Shown piece after piece: positions 51,768 through 63,547 of a stretch of 64,000 nucleotides of DNA. The position numbers were made by a program, and so were the translations under genes. Each line of letters opens with the position of its first letter. Within the stretch, counting starts at the first letter, position 1. Origin of the DNA: Octopus vulgaris (Eukaryota); assembly GCA_951406725.2 (NCBI GenBank), contig OX597814.1, positions 204,786,001 through 204,850,000 of the forward strand. Reading direction: 5' to 3'. Below the pieces are notes generated by a model that searched no databases, was not told where the DNA came from, and worked only from the letters and a program-made list of their open reading frames with translations.

Positions 51768-51872
51768 TTGACTTGCTTTTGTAGAAACAAACGCTTCTTT
51801 CCTCCGAGCTTAGATTCAAAACCCGAATCTGAACCATCACCATCAATAGGCGCGAAAGGAATTTTCTTTGTC
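51768..51872 (-). CDS. Probable internal coding exon (105 nt, symmetric) of an unidentified minus-strand gene
   Basis: Minus-strand acceptor c-poly(T)-aacag| and donor |gtaagttt. Open frame TKKIPFAPIDGDGSDSGFESKLGGKKRLFLQKQV; a second frame is also open. Flanks are unique and repeat-poor. Confidence 0.55.
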
Positions 51873-53384
51873 CTGTTAAAAAAAAAAATGATAAATCATC
51901 TCCCTTTGACCTATGACCTCAGCCATGTCAGGCGAAGTTCAAATGGACAGGAGCTGACCTATTTAGACACGATCTCTCCTGCTGTATGTCTGTCCTTCTA
52001 GCTGCCGCAGCTGTTATAATTACCGTGGTCAGCAAAGGAATGGACAGAAAGACAGAGAGCACGAGAAAGGTTCGGGATGCAGAGAGGATAGAGAGAATCA
52101 GAAAGGCTCCAGACGAAGGGACAACACATGAGATAGTCTACTCCCTTCTCAGATGAACAACACAAACACAGACACAGTTCTAACACATCACCTACACAGA
52201 TGCACCCTGTTTTTATTCCTCTCAACTCGTAGCAGTTGACGACAAATACATGTAGTGAAGAATTGTGTATGCCAACAGCAAATGCAAGTCCAGTAAACAA
52301 ATTATTTAAACTATAAATCAATGTCATTCAATTATTTACTTGGAAGGCATCCACATGCCCGTCACATCTGTTTACCTCAACACCTTCCGATGCACCTTTA
52401 ACCACTACATATTTACTGATCATCGTTTTAGTGAAAGCAGACATTGGTGAGCTCCTTTCAAGGTTACTGGTGGTTCTAGTCAGTTCCACCAAAGTAGAAA
52501 GTGTGGAAAGGATTTAGGATGAGGAATCTGCTCTGACAAATCCATTTTTGTGTGTTTGTATTTTTTTTATGAGTTTGTGTTATTGATATATTGAGTTATA
52601 AGTTCTCTGGTGTGTGTGTGTGTGTGTGTGTGTGTTAGATATCTGCTTTATGGGTGAAAAAGTTGTGACTTTGGGAATGTATGAAATAATTGTTAAAAAC
52701 CCAAGAAAACACCTCTTTTGACTTAACCCTCGAAGCTCCATCGGCTGCTATTCCAGCCACCAGCCACAGATGCAAATACCCCAGTGGCTGCTTTACAGGC
52801 CAGTATTTTCTGCATTGGAAAACCAGACAGTAACTGCTGGTTCGACTGGCACCACAAGCGCTAGTTTGGTGATAAAACAAAAAAGCCAGTGGTAAGGAGA
52901 GTGTTGCCCTCTATTTGGCATTTTATTTGAATATGAGAGAGAGAAAACACATTTTAGTGACACTGAAACAATATTAGGTGGGAAGTCGTGTTTTTGGCTC
53001 TTTTACCCCAGGAACATGAGGTAAGGGTACCGAGGACAACAGGTGTCTGGGGTTCAAAGGGTTAAGCACACAGCCATGTTGTAAGCATGTGTGTGGTTAT
53101 GGGGTTAAGAAGATTGCTTTGCAGTTAAATGATTTTAGGTGTCTTCTACTATTCTTTTCTACTCTAGGCCTGAAATTTTTGGAGAGGGGGCCAGTCAGTT
53201 AGATTGATCCCAGTAAGCAACTGGTACTTAATTTGTCAACCCCAAAAGGATGAAAGGTAAAGTTGACCTTGCTAGAATTTGAACTCAGAATGTAACGACA
53301 GATGAAATACTGCTAAGCATTTCACCTGGCATGAATTTGGTTGACAGAAACTGTATGGAACCCCATCATATATATATATATATA

Positions 53385-53689
53385 TCACCGTGATCACTGT
53401 GACTGACCAGGCTATCAGATGTTGCTACATATCGCTGGTCAAAATGCGCTTCGCATTGTTTTAGCCTTCAAATAATGCCACCCCGCTGGTTAAGCGAGCA
53501 GGTCAACAGAAGAAAGAGTGAGATATAGTTGTGGCGAAAGAGTACCGCAGGGATTACCACTAGCTCCTGCCAGAGCCTTGTGGAGCTTTAGGTGTTTTCG
53601 CTCAATAAACACAACGCCCAGCCTGGTAATCGAAACCGTGATCCTACGACTGCGAGTTCGCTGCCCTAACAACTGGGCCATTGCGCCTC
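53385..53689 (-). mobile_element. tRNA-derived SINE family D variant with RTE-derived tail
   Basis: Head and body colinear with 8089-8280; tail similar to 9814-9880; inserted in (TA)n. Confidence 0.8.
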
Positions 53690-53699
53690 TACATATATA

Positions 53700-54575
53700 T
53701 ATCTTGGCAAAGTTTAGAGACCTACTACCTTTGTTAATCACAAAGAACCTCTCCCTCAAAGTAAAAAGCAGATTGTATGATGCCTGTGTATGAACAGCTG
53801 TGCTACACAGTGGTGAGGCATGGCTTGTAACTACAGAGGACATGTGAAGACTTTAAAGAAATGAAGCCAGTATGCTTTGCTGGACTGAGAAAGTTAGTGT
53901 ACATGTACAACAGAGTGTAAGTGATTTGAGAGAAAAACTGGGAATATGAGGCAACAGCTGTAGTGTGGAAGAGAGAAGACTGCACTGGTATGGTCATGTG
54001 GTGCATGTGGAAGAGAGAAGACTGCACTGGTATGGTCATGTGGTGCATGTGGAAGAGAGAAGACTGCACTGGTATGGTCATGTGGTGCATGTGGATGACA
54101 GTAGCTGCATAAAGAATAGTCATTCTGTAATTGTGGAGGAAATGTTTGGAAGGGGTTGACACGGGAACACATGGGATAAAGTGGTGAGAAAGGATCTTCA
54201 GACATTGGGCCTCACAGAGTGGATGACAGGGAACCAACACAATTGGTGATTTGCTATGCTTGAGAGGACATGTCAAGCAAAGTAGAATCGTGGCCGTCCA
54301 TACATACAGGTACAGCCCCTCTGTCCATCTCTCAGCTGAGAGGTCCTAGTCTTTCAGGCTTGTGGGTACTGGTGCCATGTAAAAGCACCCATGGCCATGC
54401 TGGTGCTACGTTAAAAGTATCCAGTACACTCTGTAAAGTTGTTGGCATTAGGAAGGGCATCCAGCTGTAGAAAGCATGCCAAAGCAGACAAATGGGGCCG
54501 AGGCAGCCCTCCATCTGGCCAGCTCCTGTCAAACAGTCCAATCCATGTCAGCATGGAGAATGGACGATGACAATG
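53700..54575 (+). mobile_element. Degenerate RTE LINE 3' part (RT C-terminal region + UTR)
   Basis: AKFRDLLPLLITKNLSLKVKSRLYDACV..RNEASML..ERRLHWYGHV..KDLQTLGLTE, with stops. Confidence 0.85.
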
Positions 54576-54655
54576 ATTATATATATGTATAAAATATAAA
54601 GAAAGGAAAAAATAGAAGCGTAAACAGTACTTTGTTCGAAGTTGGTACACACGCA

Positions 54656-54688
<33 letters not shown>

Positions 54689-54692
<4 letters not shown>

Positions 54693-54827
54693 TGTTGCAT
54701 TTAGGAATGCTCATTTTGCCAGTTTAGCCAATAAAAACACACGCACTATATATTTGGTGTTACTTTGCTTCAGCGTTATTTATTTTTTACATTAATCTTA
54801 AATGACCATTCCTAAATACAACAATAT
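54689..54827. mobile_element. Small MITE-like element with ~28-bp TIRs and TA ends
   Basis: atattgttgcatttaggaatgctcattt / aaatgaccattcctaaatacaacaatat (2 mismatches). Confidence 0.65.
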
Positions 54828-54885
54828 CTGTTTCAACACACGACTTCACATCAAAAATCTTGCAAAACAAATATATATATATATA

Positions 54886-55278
54886 CTAGCAGTATCGCCC
54901 GGCATTGCTCGGGTTTGTAAGGGAAATAACTATAAAGCATTTTTAGAGAGTTATAGCCAAAAAATAGCAAAAAATGCATTAAAAATGGAAAAAAAAATTA
55001 TGGTAAATTTTTTTTTAAATCGTTGACTCATCGTAGACATTTTTAGAGAGTTACTTCCCTTTATTTAAAAAATATGCATTAAAATGGAAAAAAATGATGG
55101 TAAATTATTTTTAAAATCGTAGACTCATCGTAGACGTGCGCTAATACCCAGAAGGGCTCGATATGAATCACGACTATAAGATACCCAGTTTTGGTTAAAC
55201 TGCATCGCAAAATGTGGGAGTAGTTAGGAATCTAAATCGGAGTAGACAGACACACAACCTTTCTTTTATATATAAAGA
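54886..55278 (-). mobile_element. Non-autonomous Helitron with internal ~100-bp duplication
   Basis: Minus strand A|TC...CCCG-agcaatgc-CGGG-cgatactg-CTAG|T, with no TSD: canonical Helitron termini. Confidence 0.8.
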
Positions 55279-55539
55279 TATATATATATATATATATGGC
55301 ATAGTTATTCATACACAGGCTTCATGCAATCTGCTTTTCATTCTGAGCGTGAGGCTCTTTGTTACTAACAAAGGCAGTAGCTCTCTGAACTTTGCCCACA
55401 CATATATATATATCATCATCATCGTTTAACGTCTGCTTTCCATGCTAAATAAATAAAAACAATTTTTACATTAATCTGAAGGGTTATGTTATACTTTTGT
55501 AGAGTACAAATTTATTATTCTTTGGCAAGAACGGTAGTG

Positions 55540-55581
55540 ACAGTGACTTCGAAGTTTCAGCCAGCTAAACCATCATCAGGC

Positions 55582-55584
<3 letters not shown>
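55540..55584 (-). ncRNA. Hammerhead ribozyme, canonical core with weakened stems
   Basis: Minus strand: ATAGC [CTGATGA] tggtttagctggct [GAAA] CTTCGAAG TC ACTGT. Palindromic stem III, GUC triplet, abuts (TA)n. Confidence 0.6.
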
Positions 55585-55617
<33 letters not shown>

Positions 55618-55881
55618 TAGATATGTGTGTGTGTGTCTTTGTGTTTGTTCCTTCCACTGCTTGACAACCATTATTGGTTTGTTTACATCCCTGTAAAACA
55701 TAGTACTTCAACAAAAGAGACTTAAAAAAAAGTACTGATGGTGGGGAGTCATTTTATTTGAGTGAAACCCTTCAGGTGCCGTGTGTCAGCATGACCACAG
55801 TCCAGTGACTGACCCAAACAAAAGCCAAAAGATTAATAGTTTCCATTTGTTTTTTTTTTTTTATTTTCTTTTTTTCTTTCA

Positions 55882-56531
55882 TTCTTTTACTTGTTTCAGT
55901 CCTTTGACTGTGGCCATGCTGGTGCATCACCTTTTGTCGAGCAAATTGTCCCCAGGACTTATTCTTTGTAAGCCTAGTACTTATTCTATTGGTCTCTTTT
56001 GCTGAACCACTAAGTTACAGGGACGTAAACACACTAACATCGGTTGTCAATCGATGTTGGTGCGGGCAAACACACGCCCCCCCCACACACACACACATAA
56101 TGGGATTCTTTCAGTTTCCATCAACCAAATCCACTCAGAAGGCTTTGGTCGGCCCAAGGCCATAGTAGAAGACATGTGCCCAAGGTGCCACGCTGTGGGA
56201 TTGAACCTGGAACCATGTGGCTGGTTAGCAAGCTACTTACCACACAGCCACTCCTGCACCTATTGTAAATCATTTAGAAATACTTTTCAGTTTGATACCT
56301 ATTTCTTTATTACCCACAAGGGGCTAAACATAGAGGGGACAAACAAGGACAGACATAGGTATTAAGTCGATTACATCGACCCCAGTGCGTAACTGGTACT
56401 TAATTTATCGACCCCGAAAGGATGAAAGGCAAAGTCGACCTCGGCGGAATTTGATCTCAGAACGTAACGGTAGACGAAATACCGCTAAGCATTTCGCCCG
56501 GTGTGCTAACGTTTCTGCCAGCTCGCCGCCT
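55882..56531 (-). mobile_element. SINE family A (55882-56260) and low-divergence SINE family B (56298-56531)
   Basis: Reverse copies of both consensuses. Confidence 0.85.
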
Positions 56532-56977
56532 TGATACTGAACATGGCCTGTATTTGGTTGGAGAGAGATAGATATTTTCCTATGTTGTAAATTGTTCATA
56601 TCTCCTCTGCCCATCACCATCACCACTGCCGCCACCGCTGCCTTTCTGCTGCTAATGTCATTTAGTTAACAACTGCTTTTTCAGTCTAGTTTGACACTAA
56701 CTGTGAATGTCAAGCCAGGAACCTGTTGGAAGGAAAATAAATAGAAAAGAAAGAAAGAAAGAAAAAAAAAAAAGAAAATACAGAAAGAAATTAATAAACC
56801 ATTTCAGTGTTCTAGTTTCTGAATTATCTATGCTGAATTTTTTTTTTTTTTGCTGATGTATTTATTTTTGGACTACATTCACCAGTGAATGCTTGCTTGC
56901 CTGATTCTGATGAAACTTGTTGAAATTTTTTTCACTAGATGTGTTAACCACTAAGTTAGGAGGGTTAACAACAATCT

Positions 56978-56978
56978 G

Positions 56979-57022
<44 letters not shown>
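56978..57022. repeat. (CTG)n trinucleotide repeat
   Basis: About 12 CTG units. Confidence 0.9.
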
Positions 57023-57117
57023 ACAGCTGTTGATGACTATAATGATTATGATGAACAGTTGACTAAGTTACACTATCAACAATTCAGCAATGATACTTCA
57101 GACTTTAGTGCTGCTGC

Positions 57118-57155
<38 letters not shown>

Positions 57156-57696
57156 GATCTGCCAGATCAGACTGGAGCCTGGTGCAGCCTCCTGGCTTCC
57201 CAGACCCCAGTCGAACTGTCCAACCCATGCCAGCATGGAAAACGGACGTTAAACGGTGATGATGATGATGGTTGAGTGAGAGAGTAGTGCATGCCATCAA
57301 AGTGCCACTGGGGTAAAATATACGAAGCCCAGTATACCCATCATGACTACCCGTCTGATAAGGGTACACCAGGCACATGCATCACAGCCATGTGTGTGCG
57401 ACATGGTGATCTCATATCAAGATAAACAGCTCATGACCTTGCGGGGGAGGGTGGGGTTTAGAATTTTCTCCAGGTTGAGTAGCCCATCCTGCTCGAAAAG
57501 TCCCTGAATAAGGGTTGTTTGAGGATATTGAATGAAACAGCCATGTTTCCAAAGATGAATTAACCAAACCCCGGCGAATTCCTCTCAACACATGGCTATG
57601 ATGCTCTCCCACTACTTCTGGTTAAGATCAAACAACTGACAAGTAAATCTGTGGTATTGAGCAAAATATTTGCTTTAGCCCATCTTTTATATCAAG

Positions 57697-58119
57697 ACTT
57701 ACTCTTTCTCTCTTTTACTCTTTTACTTGTTTCAGTCATTTGACTGTGGCCATGCTGGAGCACCGCCTTTAGTCGAGCAAATCGACCCCGGGACTTATTC
57801 TTTGTAAGCCCAGTACTTATTCTATCGGTCTCTTTTGCCGAACCGCTAAGTGACGGGGACGTAAACACACCAGCATCGGTTGTCAAGCAATGCTAGGGGG
57901 ACAAACACAGACACACAAACATTTACACATACATACATATATATATATACATATATACGACAGGCTTCTTTCAGTTTCCGTCTACCAAATCCACTCACAA
58001 GGCATTGGTCGGCCCGGGGCTATAGCAGAAGGCACTTGCCCAAGATGCCACGCAGTGGGACTGAACCCGGAACCATGTGGTTGGTTAGCAAGCTACTTAC
58101 CACACAGTCACTCCTGCGC
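57697..58119 (-). mobile_element. Full-length, low-divergence SINE family A
   Basis: Near-identical to 38556-38968. Confidence 0.9.
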
Positions 58120-58356
58120 TTATTATTATTATTAATAATGCTTTCTACTAAAGGTACAAAGCCTGAAATTTGTGGGGAGGGGACTAATCAATTACATTGA
58201 CCCTAGTTTTTCACTGGTGCTTAATTTATCAACCCCAAAAGGATGAAAGGCAAAGTTGACCTTGGTGGAATTTGAACCCAGAATGGCAAAATACCAGTAA
58301 GCATTTTATCTAATGTGCTAACAATTTTGCCAGCTTGCCATATTATTATCAATTAA

Positions 58357-59570
58357 CATCATCATCGTTATCTAACGTCTGCTTTCCATGCTGGCATGGG
58401 TTGGATGGTTTGACTGAGGGCTGGCAAGCCAGAAGGCTGCACTAGGCTCCAATCCAATCTGGCAATGTTTCTACAGCTTGATGCCCTTCCTAATGCCAAC
58501 CACTCCAAGAGTGTGGTGGGTGCTTTTTATGTGCCACCAGCACAAGGGCCAGTCAGGTGGTACTGGCATTGACCATGCTTGAATGTGCTTTTTATGTGCC
58601 ACTGGCATGGGAGCCAGTCAGGCGGCACTGACACCAAACATGCTCGAATGGTATTTTTTATGTGCCACTGGCACTGGTTCCAATCAGGTGGTGCTGTCAT
58701 TGTCCATGATGACTTCACTTGCCTCAACAGGTCTTTGCAAGCGCAGTCTATTGCCCAATGATTGAAGGGTACTCTTAAATGGGCTGGTGATGCTGCACTG
58801 GCATAGGCTGAGGTTACGGTCTCACTTGGCTTGCCTGGTCTTCTCAAGCATAGTGTATCTCCAAAGGTCTCGGTCAATTGTCATTGCCTCGGTGAGGCCC
58901 AATGTTCGAAGGTCATGCTTCAACACCTCATCCCAGGTCTTTCTGGGTCTTCCTCTTACACAGGTTCCCTCTACAGCTGTCCTCATCCATACTCAACACA
59001 TGACCATACCAGCGCAGATGTCTCTCTTGAACACCACATCTGATGCTTCTTATGTCCAACTTTTCTCTCAGGGTGCTTACACTCTGTTGTGTATGCACAC
59101 TGACATTACACATCCAGTGGAGCATACTAGCTTCATTCCTTACAAGCTTACACATGTCCTCAGCAATTACAGCCCATGTTTCACTGCCGTGTAGCATGGC
59201 TGTTCACACACATGCTTCATACAATCTACCTTTCGCTCTGAGCGAGAGGCCCTTTGTCACCAGTAGAGGTAGGAGCTCTGAACTTTGCCCAGGCTATTCT
59301 TATTCTAGCAGCTACACTTTCAGAGCAATCATCCCCACTACTAACTTGGTTGCCTATGTAATGGAAGCTATTAACTACTTGTAGTTTTTCCCCCTGGAAT
59401 ATGATGGAAGCTGTTTTCTGCACATTTTCTGTGTTTACTGCCCCTGAGCTTTTGCCACACACAAAAACTAGCTTCCTAGTTAAACTTCCTTTGATATTGC
59501 TGCACCTCTTATGTGTCCATAGCTTGCTCTACATACATCTTATGGAGTTTCTACCTACACCTTTTCTACA
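58357..59570 (-). mobile_element. Degenerate RTE LINE 3' part
   Basis: EKLQVVNSFHYIGNQVSSGDDCSESVAARIRIAWAKFR and MLHGSETWAV..RNEASMLHWMC..LRWYGHV, then UTR and (CAT)n. Confidence 0.9.
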
Positions 59571-60142
59571 ATAAAAAACAAAAATAGTCAACAAAAAAAT
59601 TTAAGAACAAAATTCCTCAGTCAGGTGGAGTTCCACCCAGGGCCAACCAGGGCACCCCACACATTCTGGTCACCCTGACTGCCAAGAAATAATAATAATA
59701 ATAAGGCAATGAGCTGGCAGAATTATTAACGTACCAAGCAGAATGCTTTGTAGCATTTTGCTCATCTTTGTGGTTAGAGTTCAAATCCTTCTGTGGTCCC
59801 CTTGTCTTTTATCCTTTCAGGGTCTGTAGAATAAGTATCAGGTGAGCACTGGGGTGGATGTAATCGACTTACCCCCACCCTGAAACTTTCGCGCCTTGTG
59901 CCAAAATTTGAAACTATTATTATTATGAAAAGTTTATGCTTTGTTAGTTTCATGTGAGTTTCTGCTGCACCACCTGTTGCACCTTTGTGTTTCTCCGGTG
60001 TGTGTGGCATTGTGGGAATTCATGGGAAGTCTAGAACTGTGCCTATTGATCTGCTGCACCTGTTTGTTTTGTTATGGAGTTTAGTTTCTTGTTCGTTCTG
60101 TTGTGTGTGTAATGTGAGCGCTGTTATTTTATTGGGCCTTAA

Positions 60143-60603
60143 CCCATTTAATACCAACCCGGCTGAAACCGGCTCTGGCTCTGTAGTACAAATGTCTTGT
60201 TTTCCTAAGTTCTGAATTAAAATCTTCCATCAAACCTTAGTCTCAATTTATGTTCCTAACACTAGCTTAATGATAACTAAGTTATTTTACTAAATTCTTT
60301 GTTATATTTAAAATTAATTGAAAGAAACACAGAGCATCTCTACAGAAATATGGTGACAAAAGGGTTAACAAATTATTAATTTAACCCTTTTCATACCAAC
60401 CCGGCTGAAACCATCTCTGGCTCTGTAGTACAAATGTCTTGTTTTCATAAGTTTTGAATTAAAATCTTCCACCAAACCTTAGTCACAATTTATGTTCCTA
60501 ACACTAGCTTCATGGTAACTAAGTTATTTTACTAAATTCTTTGTTATATTTAACATAATTGAAAGAAACAGAGTATCTCAGAATAAATACAGTAACGAAA
60601 GGG
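60143..60603. mobile_element. Two tandem TTAA-flanked piggyBac-type MITEs (60143-60364, 60385-60603)
   Basis: TTAA|ccc...aaaggg|TTAA; the two copies are highly similar. Confidence 0.85.
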
Positions 60604-60854
60604 TTATTCTTGTATAATCTATGTTGTGTAAATTGTGTTATTAGGTGATTATTGCATGAAGCGTGTGTTGTTTCTGATGAATGTTCTATTTGTGCTATTC
60701 TATTGAGTTGATTGTGTCTTGTGCAAGATAGGGGCTGCTCCTAGCAGGGTTATTTTCTGGGTGGCATGTAGTTTTGTGAAATCTGCTTTGGTTTTTATGT
60801 TTCTTTTCATATTTTTTTAAAAATCATGCTCAGACCTCAGTGGTACCATTTTCA

Positions 60855-61146
60855 TCTCGTTACCAACGTTGCCTTACTGGCACCTGTGCCGGTGGCATGT
60901 GTAAAAAGATTCGAGCGAGGTCATTGCCAGTACCGCCTGACTGGCCCCGTGATGGTGGCACGTAAAAAGCACCCACTACACTCTCGGAGTGGTTGGCGTT
61001 AGGAAGGGCATCCAGCTGTAGAAACTCTGCCAGATCAAGATTGGAGCCTGGTGCGGCCATCTGGTTCGCCAGCCCTCAGTCAAAATCGTCCAACCCATGC
61101 TAGCATGGAAAGCGGATGTTAAACGATGATGAAGATGATGATGATG
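60855..61146 (+). mobile_element. RTE LINE 3' end
   Basis: Family consensus and (GAT)n tail. Confidence 0.85.
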
Positions 61147-62485
61147 CCCCACATCTTGAAAATTTCAATTCAAGGTCCTTATATTTTGATGGTTTCTCCA
61201 TCTCCTTTTGAGCAATATTTTCATGAAAATGGTTTGCAATGTCTGTCAGTGTGCACATGTTTGCTTTCTAGTCTTTTAACATTATAATCTGGATGGTTTG
61301 CCTTGATCTATTTATCAGTTTAAAGGACATTTCCCAGATTATTGTGGCCAGGTCTGTTTGGTACTCGTTCGTACCACTTTTTATTTGCTTTTATATTGGA
61401 AGTGTTGTCATACTGTCCTGTGAATGTAGCTGCCAACATGGATCATGCCAATGTATGTATTCAGATTTGACAAGGACTGGGTAGCCAGAGATGATGTCAA
61501 CCGTCTCATGCTGGTAAGCACATCCTGCATTTGGTGTTAGGATTCTGTTTTCATGATTTTAAGGGCATCCAGCTGTAGAAACATTGCCAGATTGCATTGG
61601 AGACTGGTGCAGCCTTCTGGCTCACCAGCCCTCAGTCAAACCGTCCAACCCATGCCAGCATGGAAAGCGAACGTTAAATGATGATGATGATGATGATAAT
61701 GAAGATTGTTGTAATTGTTTGTGGCCAGACATTGGTCTTGTGCAGAGTGTATCAGCACCTTCATTTCTGCTTTTAGGCTGGAGTCTTTTAAGCCATTGTT
61801 GACCTTCACTTTAGCTTACTTCTTCTCTATCAAGCCTTAACAGGCTATTGGCCATGGAGTAGTTTTTCTCTCCATTTCTTCTTAAGTACTTTTTTGTAAT
61901 TTTGTTTATGTGTTGTTTTTTTTTATCTCTATCCCCATTTCTTTAGCTTTATCAACTAAATTTATTGTTTCAATGCAGTGTTTTTGTTTTGTATTTTACC
62001 AATTCCTTGTGTATAAAGAAGAGTTTTTTTTTTCATTTTTTTTCCTGTCTCTTTATTACATTTATGAGTGTTGTACTTTTGTTTTGTAGTATTTGTCCAG
62101 TCCAACTGTTATTTTGTAGGAGTTTTCTATTTGCGTCTGGCCATGGCCTCCTTCTGTGACTATATTGGCTTTGAGATGGGGGTTTAAGAATGGTGTTAGT
62201 AACTGCATGCTTTATCTATCCAATGTTTTCTATTCTCTTAGGTCCCAGCCTATCTTATTGAAGCTGTAGTGTATGACCGATGTGGCTAACATACCTCGTA
62301 TTGAGTTCAGTTTTTAATTTTAATCTTAACTTTTTCTGTAGCGTTCTTTCCTAATTTTCTTTTTCATTTCTCAATCCAGCAGACCTTCGATCAAAGGTGT
62401 TGTATCTGTGATCATTTTTGTCTCATTTTCAAATGCGATGCATTATCAGATACAAAGAGAACTATTTTGTGTAAATTATACATTG

Positions 62486-62677
62486 GCACAGGCATGGCTG
62501 TGTGGTAAGAAGCTTGCTTCTGAACAACATGGTCCAGGGTTCAGTCCCATTGCATGGCACCTTGGGCAAGTGTCTTCTACTATAGACTTGGGCTGACCAA
62601 ATCCTTGTGAATGGATTCCGTAGACAGAAACTGAAAGAAGCCCATCATATATATATATATATTTATATTTATTTATA

Positions 62678-62723
<46 letters not shown>

Positions 62724-62910
62724 TGTGTGTACATGTCTTTGTGTCTGTATTTGTTCCCATAACCTAGCATTTCAGCAACAGAGACCAATAGAATAAGTAC
62801 CAGGCTTTTAAACAGTAAGTCTTGGATCGATTTGTTTGACTAAGACCCTTCAGAGCAGTGCTCCAGCATGGCCACAGTCAAATGACTGAAGCAAATAAAA
62901 GATAAAAGAC
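62486..62910 (+). mobile_element. SINE family A with internal (TA)n expansion
   Basis: Head and tail match family A. Confidence 0.8.
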
Positions 62911-63052
62911 ACCTTTGAAGCCGAAAACACTTCAGAAGTTTGTATAACCAAATGTTATACAAGTGGAGTTTCTATAACACTTGTCAAACAAGTGTTTCAC
63001 AAGTGTATGAAACTTGAGGCCCTTGAGTATCTGCTGAAATGTTTTGGATTTA

Positions 63053-63290
63053 TATCATCCTCATCATCATCATCATCATCGTTTAACGTCTGCTTTCCAT
63101 GCTAGCATGGGTTGGACGGTTCGACCGGGGTCTGGGAAGCCAAGAGGCTGCACTAGGTCCAGTCTGATCTGGCAGTGTTTCTACAGCTGGATGCCCTTCC
63201 TAATGCCAACCATTCCGTGAGTGTAGTGGGTGCTTTTTACGTGCCACCGACACAGGTGCCAGGCGAGGCTGGCAACGGCCACGATCAGCT
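63053..63290 (-). mobile_element. RTE LINE 3' end
   Basis: (CAT)n plus consensus; close to the 7011 copy. Confidence 0.85.
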
Positions 63291-63547
63291 AACATTTCAA
63301 ACAGAACAGAATGAAAGTTGAATAAGAAAAGGTTTTCATCTTGCCACCTTCTGTGAATGGTATAGAGGATTTAACAAAATTCAAATCAACATGGGTGTTG
63401 TGCCGTAACAGGAACAGAGATGGAGAAGATGTAGTGAATAAACTGTCATCTAAATTACACAGAAATGAAAATAACACTGACATCTCATTTTAACAGATAT
63501 ATCTACCAAAATTACATTAAAATATCTTGAAATACTAAAGAATAAAT

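Noticed and set aside
56900-56940. CTGATGA-aacttgtt-GAAA
   Set aside because: Stem II is marginal and there is no credible stem I or III; likely chance.
57275-57695. GC-richer segment between an RTE tail and a SINE, possibly a retroelement 5' region
   Set aside because: Single copy in the window and no diagnostic motif; cannot be classified from the sequence alone.
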